Origin: a virus | Taxonomy: Duplodnaviria; Caudoviricetes | IMG/VR virus record: IMGVR_UViG_3300010214_000040 | Span: 1-39,776 of that record | Length of the DNA: 39,776 bases | Direction: 5' to 3' (one strand) | Part shown: positions 32,678 to 39,776 of the stretch, in pieces | Numbering within the stretch: the first letter of the stretch is position 1 | Layout of the letters: every line of letters begins with the position of its first letter | Translations under genes and position numbers: made by a program | Notes under the pieces: generated by a model | The model's database searches: none | What the model was told of the DNA's origin: nothing | The model's input: the letters and a program-made list of their open reading frames with translations, nothing else

Positions 32678-33784
32678 ATGAATACAGCTGCCACCTTCGA
32701 GGAACTCACTCAAGCCTATCTGGACTGCCGCCGCAACAAACGCAACAGCGCAAGCGCATTGACCTTCGAATTGCATCTGGAGCGCAGCCTGTGCGATCTG
32801 TATGAGCAGCTGATGGATGGCACCTATCGGCCCGGCCGCAGCATCTGCTTTGTCATTACCCGCCCCAAGCCCCGAGAGGTCTGGGCTGCCGACTTCCGCG
32901 ATCGCATCGTGCACCACCTGCTTTACAACCGAATCGCACCACGATTCCATGCAGCGTTCACGGCAGACTCATGCGCCTGCATACCGGGGCGCGGAACACT
33001 GTACGGAGCCAAGCGCCTGGAACACCAGGCGCGCAGCGTCACGCGGAACTGGAGCACGCCAGCGCATTACCTCAAATGCGATTGCGCCAACTTCTTTGTG
33101 TCCATCGACAAGCTGATCTTGCGTGAGCGCATCGCACGGCGAGTGCATGAGCCATGGTGGCTTGAGCTGGCCGACACCATCCTGTTTCACGATCCACGCG
33201 AAAACGTGGAGGTACGCGGAAACGCCCACGACCTGCGCAAGGTGCCGCCGCACAAGAGTCTTTTCAACGCGCCACCAGATACCGGCCTGCCTATCGGCAA
33301 CCTATCCAGCCAGTTCTTTGCCAACATCCTGCTGGACGGCCTGGACCAGCACGTCAAGCACCGGCTGCGCGCGCCGCACTATGTGCGCTATGTCGATGAT
33401 TTCGTGCTGCTGCATCGCTCTGCCGCATGGCTGAGCAGTGCATTGCGACACATCGAGGAATGGCTGCCGCAAAACCTGCACCTTCAACTCAACCCTCGCA
33501 AGACCATCATCCAGCCAGCAGAGCGCGGCATCGACTTCGTGGGTCAGGTCATAAAGCCTTGGCGACGCACCACCCGCCCACGCACTCTGCATTCAGCGCT
33601 GAAGCGACTGGAGCATATGCCTGCTGAAGAAGTCTATGCAGCCGGCAATAGCTATCTCGGCCTGGCACGGCAAGCCAGCCACAGTCACAAAGAACAGGCG
33701 CAGATCTGCAGAGCGCTGCTCAAGCGAGGCCATGCCATCGAAGGTCTGCACCTCACAAAAGCTTTCAGGAGCCATCATCCATGA
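32678..33784 (+). CDS. DGR reverse transcriptase (Brt-like)
   Basis: KPREV..ADFRDRIVHH, YLKCDCANFF.SID, GLPIGNLSSQFFAN (DGR-type SQ motif), YVRYVDDF and GIDFVG. Intact, 368 aa. Confidence 0.97.
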   Translation: MNTAATFEELTQAYLDCRRNKRNSASALTFELHLERSLCDLYEQLMDGTYRPGRSICFVITRPKPREVWAADFRDRIVHHLLYNRIAPRFHAAFTADSCACIPGRGTLYGAKRLEHQARSVTRNWSTPAHYLKCDCANFFVSIDKLILRERIARRVHEPWWLELADTILFHDPRENVEVRGNAHDLRKVPPHKSLFNAPPDTGLPIGNLSSQFFANILLDGLDQHVKHRLRAPHYVRYVDDFVLLHRSAAWLSSALRHIEEWLPQNLHLQLNPRKTIIQPAERGIDFVGQVIKPWRRTTRPRTLHSALKRLEHMPAEEVYAAGNSYLGLARQASHSHKEQAQICRALLKRGHAIEGLHLTKAFRSHHP

Positions 33785-34197
33785 AGTTTCAACCCATCCA
33801 CCGCTCACGCATCGTTGCTGCCCTACAGGAGGCAGGCCCAATGACCAAGGCAGACATTGCCGATTACCTTGAACTACCTCAAAGCATCGTCGGCGCCTGC
33901 CTTTCCTCCACACGCTGGCTGCTGCCACAGCAGGTGTTTCGCATCGTTCGCTACAAGCCCGTCACAGGCTACCGTGGGCGCGATCTGCCCGTGTACGCCG
34001 CGGAAGCAGGGCCCGATGCCACCCACATCGTCAACCCCACTAAACGCCGCAAGCAAGCCGAGGCGCGGTACCGGGAAAAGCACCGCGCATCCATCAACGC
34101 GCGCGGCCGCACCGTAGCCATGGCGCCAGTCAACCCCTGGCTGCAACTTGCACCGCCGGAGATCAGGGGCGCCATGTCCCTTCAAGGTCGAATCTAA
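33781..34197 (+). CDS. HTH-containing hypothetical protein
   Basis: GPMTKADIADYLEL. Start overlaps the RT stop (ATGA). Confidence 0.65.
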   Translation: MKFQPIHRSRIVAALQEAGPMTKADIADYLELPQSIVGACLSSTRWLLPQQVFRIVRYKPVTGYRGRDLPVYAAEAGPDATHIVNPTKRRKQAEARYREKHRASINARGRTVAMAPVNPWLQLAPPEIRGAMSLQGRI

Positions 34198-34258
34198 AGA
34201 TCGCACATTACCCATCAACAGCCCGCCACTGAGCGGGCTTTGTAATTTCTGGAGCCCT

Positions 34259-36055
34259 ATGCTTACCCCTCAATTTGTGTTGGCACTATCTGCCAAGCTG
34301 GTGATTGACCTGTTTGCCGGTGGCGGTGGAGCCAGCACAGGCATTGAGCAGGCCATCGGCCGCCCAGTTGACATTGCGATCAACCATGACGCCGACGCCA
34401 TTGGCATGCATGAGGCCAATCATCCCCAGACGCGCCACTACCGCGCCGACATCTGGGAGGTCTGCCCCCGCCAAGCCACGGGTGGCCAGCCGGTCGGCCT
34501 GCTGCATGCTTCCCCGGATTGCACCCACCACAGCCAGGCGCTGGGCGGCCAGCCGCGCAGCAAAGAGATTCGCTCTCTGGCCTGGGTTGTGCCGCGCTGG
34601 GGCGGGATTGCAAAGCCGGATGTCATCACCCTGGAGAACGTGGAGCAGATGCTGCTCTGGTGCAGGCTGATTGCCAAGCGCTGCCCTGAAACCGGCCGCG
34701 TCGTCACGCTGGACAAGATCAAGGACGCCAAGGGCAAGACCACATACCGCGTTGCAGACCCAGGCGAGCGCGTGCCGCGCCATAACCAGTATCTGGTGCC
34801 AGACAAGAAGCAACTGGGCAAGACCTGGAATCGCTTTGTGCAGATGCTGCGCAATCAGGGCTATGTGGTGCAATGGCGCGTGCTCTGCAATGCTGATGTC
34901 GGCTGCAAGAGCACCCGAACACGCCTTTATATGATTGCCCGCCGCGATGGTCTGCCCATCGTCTGGCCCGAGAAGACACATGCTAAGAAGCCAGTAGGCA
35001 AACTCAAGCCGCACAAATGGTCTGCAGAGTGCATCGACTGGCGCATTCCCGGTACCAGCATATTCGGCCGCAAGAAGGATCTGGCCGAGGCCACGATGCG
35101 CCGCATTGCCCATGGCATGCAGAAGTACGTGATCGGCAGCAAGGAACCTTTCATTGCCCCTGCTGCTGCAAATGCCACCTTCATCACCAAGTTCAACACC
35201 GGCTCTGTCGGCGTGGATCTGCGCGAGCCCGTGCCCACGGTCACTGCTGGCGGCAATCCAGTCCGGCCCGGCACCGGCACAACGATAGGCCTTGTTGCTG
35301 CCTCGCTGGTTCAGATGGGCTACGGTGAGCGAGAGGGACAAGAGCCGCGCGCTCTGGATCTGCGGCAGGCTTTGGGCACCGTGGTAGCTGGCGGCAACAA
35401 GTTCGCAACGGCTTCTGCCTACCTTGTTCAAGCGGGCCACGGTGAGGGGGCCGGCGCGACAAGGCGCCGCAGCCATGGCGCCAACGACATCAGGGGCCCT
35501 ATCGGCACCATCACTGCCAGTGGTGGCGGGCAGAGCCTTGCCACTGCCTTCATGGTGCAGGCCAATGGCGGATTCAACACCACGCCGGCGAGGGATCTGC
35601 GAGAGGGCATGTCCACGGTCACCACGAGCGGCAGCCAGCAGCAGCTGATTACCGCAAAGCTGGAGCAGCAAAGCCTGAGCCCGGAGCATGAGGCCGGCGC
35701 CCTGCGCTGTGCTGCATTCCTGATGCGATACCACGGCAGCGGCGGGCAGTGGGCGGACCTGCGCGAGCCGATGACGACGGTAACCACGCATGACCGCCTG
35801 GCACTGGTGACCGTCTGGCTCAAGGGCGAGCCCTGGGTAATCGTAGACATCACGCTGCGCATGCTGGTGCCGCGCGAGCTCTACAACGCTCAGGACTTCC
35901 CGCCGAACTACATCATCGACCGCACGGCCGCAGGCAAGCCACTGACGAAAACGGCCCAGGTGCGAATGGCAGGCAACAGCGTCAGCCCCCTACCTATGCG
36001 GCTGATCGTGGCCGCGAACTACAGCGAAGCAGGCCAGCTCCGAAAAGTCGCCTAA
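34259..36055 (+). CDS. DNA (cytosine-5) methyltransferase, phage orphan type
   Basis: DLFAGGGG, SPDC, ENV, R.RLY and AGNSV motifs, with a long repetitive variable region. Confidence 0.93.
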   Translation: MLTPQFVLALSAKLVIDLFAGGGGASTGIEQAIGRPVDIAINHDADAIGMHEANHPQTRHYRADIWEVCPRQATGGQPVGLLHASPDCTHHSQALGGQPRSKEIRSLAWVVPRWGGIAKPDVITLENVEQMLLWCRLIAKRCPETGRVVTLDKIKDAKGKTTYRVADPGERVPRHNQYLVPDKKQLGKTWNRFVQMLRNQGYVVQWRVLCNADVGCKSTRTRLYMIARRDGLPIVWPEKTHAKKPVGKLKPHKWSAECIDWRIPGTSIFGRKKDLAEATMRRIAHGMQKYVIGSKEPFIAPAAANATFITKFNTGSVGVDLREPVPTVTAGGNPVRPGTGTTIGLVAASLVQMGYGEREGQEPRALDLRQALGTVVAGGNKFATASAYLVQAGHGEGAGATRRRSHGANDIRGPIGTITASGGGQSLATAFMVQANGGFNTTPARDLREGMSTVTTSGSQQQLITAKLEQQSLSPEHEAGALRCAAFLMRYHGSGGQWADLREPMTTVTTHDRLALVTVWLKGEPWVIVDITLRMLVPRELYNAQDFPPNYIIDRTAAGKPLTKTAQVRMAGNSVSPLPMRLIVAANYSEAGQLRKVA

Positions 36056-36114
36056 CCATCACCACCCGGCCCGCCACTGTGCGGGCTTTTCTCATTCTTG
36101 TACGGAGCACCATC

Positions 36115-37338
36115 ATGAGCAGCACCACCAAGCTACTGCCCTGCCCGTTCTGCGGCAACGCAGACATATCCATCAGAAACGAGAACCCCAAAGACAATAG
36201 CGGGGGATATTTCATTGAGTGCCCTGGCTGTGGCGCCAGCACAAGCCTGCGATTCGCATGCGGCGACGACCCAACCCATCTGCTGGCTGAGCAATGGAAC
36301 CGCCGAGCGGCCTCACACTGCCTGCACCAAATTCAGGAGCCTGCCCCTGCGCAAGCAGCACCAAGGCTCGATGGCGCCTGGAAGGCTCGCATGCTGGACG
36401 GCCAGCCTCTGGTGCGCAACAAGGACGGCATCGGCTTTCACCCCGCGTTACCTGACTTTGACGAAGGCGTGAAAAGCTCGGACTTCTTTGCAGCTCTCGG
36501 TATTGAGCTGAAAGGAGGCATGGCCGAGAACGAGATGGACTCGGACGCATATGAAGCCATGACAGGGAACGGCCTGACTGACGATGGCGATAGCTACAAC
36601 GCATGGACGCCCAAGCGCCCTGAGGGCGATGGATGGAATCTCGTTGCGGTCTTTGATACAGAAGATGGACCTGCATGCTGGTGGATGCGCGACATGCCCT
36701 TTGCGCCACAGCGCGCGGTAGGGTACCGCGAGCGCGTGGATAACGCTGCAGTCGAGGTGCTTTCCATGAACATGAAAGCCAAGCTGGCCGGCCAGCGTGC
36801 CAAGGGCTACCGTGGCTGGAAATACGACTGCACACAGCAGCGCCTATCTGATCTGCTGCGTGATTGCGTGAAAAAAGGCGACCCCGTGGATGTGGCGAAC
36901 TTCTGTGCGTTTCTGCTCTCGCGCGGCGAAACCATTGCACCACCTGCAGCTCCCCCAGCCTCGCAGCGCGATGAGCTTCTCCAAGTCGCTCTAGACTTCA
37001 TCGGCACGCTCACGGGTATGTCTCCTCCTCCGATTGAGGTGGCACCGCCTGAAGTCTTCTCGCCGTTCTACGCTTTTGTTGACCGCGTGCAAGCGATCAC
37101 AGCACCCCATGCACGGGCAGACGTGCAGGATGCGCTGACATTTGAACAGCGCATGAGCGACTGGCAACACGGCGATGCACTTGATGCAGAGCGCTACCGC
37201 TGGCTGCGCTCCCGTGATCTTGAAACGATCCGCCAAGGTGGCGTCTTCGCCGGCATGACGCCCGAGAACATCATCCTCAACGAAGAAGACCTCGATCAAG
37301 CTGTTGACGCAGCTATCGCGGCAGCAAAGGGGGAGTGA
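36115..37338 (+). CDS. Mosaic early protein with N-terminal Lar (restriction alleviation)-like Zn finger
   Basis: LLPCPFCG...IECPGCGA...WNRRA, plus DTEDGP, KGDPVDVANF and DAERYRWLR modules. Confidence 0.7.
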   Translation: MSSTTKLLPCPFCGNADISIRNENPKDNSGGYFIECPGCGASTSLRFACGDDPTHLLAEQWNRRAASHCLHQIQEPAPAQAAPRLDGAWKARMLDGQPLVRNKDGIGFHPALPDFDEGVKSSDFFAALGIELKGGMAENEMDSDAYEAMTGNGLTDDGDSYNAWTPKRPEGDGWNLVAVFDTEDGPACWWMRDMPFAPQRAVGYRERVDNAAVEVLSMNMKAKLAGQRAKGYRGWKYDCTQQRLSDLLRDCVKKGDPVDVANFCAFLLSRGETIAPPAAPPASQRDELLQVALDFIGTLTGMSPPPIEVAPPEVFSPFYAFVDRVQAITAPHARADVQDALTFEQRMSDWQHGDALDAERYRWLRSRDLETIRQGGVFAGMTPENIILNEEDLDQAVDAAIAAAKGE

Positions 37339-37676
37339 TGGAGCACCACAGCAGCGAAGAAATTGAAAAGGCAACCCTGAGCTTCGACCCTTTCGAGGGT
37401 GACTTTGGGGAGCCTGGAGACACGGTCCTCTCTAACAAGATGGTCGTAGCTCGCAAAGAAGGCCCATGCTCACACTGCGGCAGCCTGATTTTCAAAGGCG
37501 AGCACGTGCGCTCCATGTCCGCGAAGTTTGGCGATTTCATGCGTTACCGCTGGTGCGCATCATGCTGCGACGTGATGGCTGCGGTGTATCTGCATGACGA
37601 GGCTGATGAAGACGATAAAGACGCGGCAGACCCACTGGCGGTATGGGAAAGCCGCGCATCCAAGCAACACACTTAG
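37338..37676 (+). CDS. Hypothetical Zn-binding protein
   Basis: VARKEGPCSHCG...WCASCC. Confidence 0.65.
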   Translation: MEHHSSEEIEKATLSFDPFEGDFGEPGDTVLSNKMVVARKEGPCSHCGSLIFKGEHVRSMSAKFGDFMRYRWCASCCDVMAAVYLHDEADEDDKDAADPLAVWESRASKQHT

Positions 37677-37686
37677 GAGATTGAAC

Positions 37687-38163
37687 ATGAGCGAAAACTT
37701 GCGAATCGTCGCGACTGGCGTACTAGCCAAAATCAATGTCATGTTGGAAGTAGCGAAGGGCAGCCCGCAGGAATTCACCCCGACCAAGATCACTGAATAC
37801 CTCTCAGCCTTCAAGGTGCAATTGAAAGACGCATTGAAGCTGTACGCCGCAGAGAAAAAGCTGGCTACTACAAGCGACACTGATTCGGTGATTCTGAATC
37901 TTGCCCCTGGACTTGGCTATGCGATGAGCAATACAGAGCTTCGCCAGGCCATCAACGACACCACCACTCACTTACGACCGCTGATAACTGGCATACAACT
38001 CTCCGAACTGGCACGCCAGACGCTTGGCGATCATTTGGAATGCTTGCTGCAAGTCGAAAAGGCTCGGGCCGGAATCATGTTTGCCAGCGCCGCAGTGACA
38101 GACACAGGCTCGACACTCACCAAGACACCACGAGCTGAGCCGCAAACCCATGGGCCTGAGTGA
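37687..38163 (+). CDS. Hypothetical protein
   Basis: AGGAG RBS before ATG at 37687. Confidence 0.6.
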   Translation: MSENLRIVATGVLAKINVMLEVAKGSPQEFTPTKITEYLSAFKVQLKDALKLYAAEKKLATTSDTDSVILNLAPGLGYAMSNTELRQAINDTTTHLRPLITGIQLSELARQTLGDHLECLLQVEKARAGIMFASAAVTDTGSTLTKTPRAEPQTHGPE

Positions 38164-38222
38164 CCTCCTTCAAGCTCATCACCCTCTGCGCACTATGATT
38201 ACCTCAACTGAAAGGATTGATC

Positions 38223-38432
38223 ATGGAACGCGCTGAACTTGTGCAACTGGTAGCAGATCTCCGCAAAGGGGATGCCACGGCCGTCAAAGCTGCCGACGTT
38301 ATCGAGGAGATGGCCCAACTCAAAGCACCCGCACTGCGCCACGTCCCTGTGGTGGGCGAGATCTCCGGTGAAGACGACGTAGTCTTCATCAAGAAATTGG
38401 AGTTGCCACCTGGCACGACCTGGGCCGAATAA
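38223..38432 (+). CDS. Hypothetical protein
   Basis: AAGGA RBS, followed by a terminator-like hairpin at 38455-38479. Confidence 0.55.
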   Translation: MERAELVQLVADLRKGDATAVKAADVIEEMAQLKAPALRHVPVVGEISGEDDVVFIKKLELPPGTTWAE

Positions 38433-38488
38433 CCGCCCTCCCCAACAAACACCAAGCCCCGCTTACGCGGGGTTTTTTTATGGATGCA

Positions 38489-38704
38489 ATGAACATGAGC
38501 AAGCAGATCACACTACTGGCCTGGGCAGCCGCGAGGTTTGACCCACCTCCCAGCCTCTGGACGCTGCGAAGAATGGCACGAGAAGGCCGTATTGAGCCCG
38601 CGCCCGTAAAGGTCGGCAAGTCGTACTTTGTGCCTGAAGATGCGCGCCCCGTAGATCCCAGCCGCAAACCATCCTTGCTAACACGCATCAGAAAGGGTCA
38701 CTGA
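38489..38704 (+). CDS. xis: Excisionase (lambda Xis-like)
   Basis: ITL..WA....PPPSLWTLRRMAREGRI.P.PVKVGKSY. Lies directly before int; exact start uncertain. Confidence 0.88.
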   Translation: MNMSKQITLLAWAAARFDPPPSLWTLRRMAREGRIEPAPVKVGKSYFVPEDARPVDPSRKPSLLTRIRKGH

Positions 38705-38705
38705 C

Positions 38706-39776
38706 ATGGCAGCACGCCCAAGAGAGAGAGTCCGCAGGGACTGGCCTACAGGCCTCCGCGAACCGCGCCCCGGCTATTTCACTTGGCGCAATCCAGAAAG
38801 CGGGAAGGAGCTCGCCATCGGGCGCGTCCCACTGGCTCAGGCCAAGCGCCAGGTGCTTGAAGCACTAAACTATTTGGCCTCGGGCAGCCCAACGCTATTG
38901 GAGCGGATCTCAGGCAAAGACAACACCATTGCCGAACTACTCAAGAAAATGCCTGTTAGCGAGAAATACAACACGGCAAAAAGCAACCGCTCACTTGATA
39001 AAAAGATCAACGAAGCGCTAGGAAAGATAGCCTGCATGGGCCTGACCGTCGCGCACTGCGCCAAAGTCGTTGAAGATGAGATGGCCGCTGGAAAGCATCG
39101 CAGTGCCCAAGCACTGCGATCAAGACTAATGGCCGTTTGCAATCGTGGACAACAATTGGGATGGCTGGATTTCAATCCCGTAGAACCAACCAAGAAACCA
39201 AAAGCGAAAACGATGCGCCAGCGCCTCACACTGGATCAGTTCAAGAGGATTCTCGCGGCTGCGCCTCAAGTAGCTGACTGGCTTCCTGGCGCGATGCTGG
39301 TGGCCCTTCTATCAGGAATGGACCGCGACACTCTTGCAGGCCTGGAACGCAAAGCAGTGGGCTCAGAAGTCCTGACCATTCATCGCGCAAAAACGGGCGC
39401 ATGGGTCGAAATTCCGCTACGCCTTCGGATGGACGAAATGGGAATGACGCTATCGGAGGCGCTGGCTACTTGCCGGTCAACCGTCGTGAGCCGGTATGTG
39501 GTGCACCATCGCCGCACCTATCGTGCCGATGTAAAAGCTGGCAGCGCTGTGCATGTGAACCGCATCTCAAAGGCCTTCAAGGAAGCCAGAGAGCTTGCAG
39601 GTATTACAGAGGATGATGCACCGACTTTTCACGAAATTCGCTCGTTGTCAAAGCGCATCTACATGGCGCAAGGCAACGTAGATACCAAGGCATTGTTGGG
39701 CCACACGACAGAAAAAACGGCCGCGATTTATGCTGATCCACGCGGCGCAGAACCCATCCGAGTCAAGGTCTCTTAA
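38706..39776 (+). CDS. int: Tyrosine integrase, lambda family
   Basis: Arm-binding N-terminus, KTG, PTFHEIRSLS, LLGH and catalytic Y (AIYAD). Confidence 0.95.
   Translation: MAARPRERVRRDWPTGLREPRPGYFTWRNPESGKELAIGRVPLAQAKRQVLEALNYLASGSPTLLERISGKDNTIAELLKKMPVSEKYNTAKSNRSLDKKINEALGKIACMGLTVAHCAKVVEDEMAAGKHRSAQALRSRLMAVCNRGQQLGWLDFNPVEPTKKPKAKTMRQRLTLDQFKRILAAAPQVADWLPGAMLVALLSGMDRDTLAGLERKAVGSEVLTIHRAKTGAWVEIPLRLRMDEMGMTLSEALATCRSTVVSRYVVHHRRTYRADVKAGSAVHVNRISKAFKEARELAGITEDDAPTFHEIRSLSKRIYMAQGNVDTKALLGHTTEKTAAIYADPRGAEPIRVKVS

Larger units (their letters stand above)
30224..33784 (+). mobile_element. Diversity-generating retroelement: target1-target2-target3-avd-TR-RT
   Basis: Three VRs differ from one TR only at adenines, and avd and a DGR-type RT are adjacent. 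Confidence 0.97.
1..39776. mobile_element. Temperate siphovirus prophage (lambda-type terminase/portal, GTA-like tail tip), nearly complete
   Basis: Contiguous lysis, tail, head, packaging, replication, immunity, early, xis and int modules. att sites and spanins are not visible within the window. Confidence 0.96.

Noticed and set aside
32678-33784. RT as a group II intron, retron or Abi RT
   Set aside because: It has the GNLSSQ motif, adjacent avd and TR/VR pairs, and no maturase/endonuclease extension or VTG retron motif.
34286-35791. 501-aa minus-strand ORF
   Set aside because: Antisense shadow of the methyltransferase.
38706-39776. attL/attR core repeats
   Set aside because: The window ends at the int stop and at the endolysin stop, so flanking DNA is not available.

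Overview
This window is a nearly complete temperate siphovirus prophage, GC-rich and probably from a betaproteobacterial host (inference). It runs from the endolysin at the left end to a lambda-like integrase at the right end. The minus strand (1-24618) carries lysis, tail, head, terminase, replication, cII and cro genes. The plus strand (24689-39776) carries a repressor, an early accessory operon, xis and int. The main finding is a complete diversity-generating retroelement (DGR) at 30224-33784. It consists of three tandem DUF1566/C-type-lectin-like target genes, avd, a template repeat (TR, 32536-32635) and a reverse transcriptase. All three variable repeats differ from the TR only at TR adenines (11, 15 and 10 substitutions by hand alignment), and VR3 also has one extra codon. 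The DGR lies in the early operon, near a methyltransferase and a Lar-like gene, and targets small proteins with no signal peptide. The tail fibre carries a clear homologue of BPP-1 Mtd, the classic DGR target, but it does not match the TR. Other features include operators, paired late-promoter motifs, a tail-chaperone frameshift site, a family of terminator-like repeats and candidate ncRNAs. All family assignments come from recognising motifs by eye; no database search was run.
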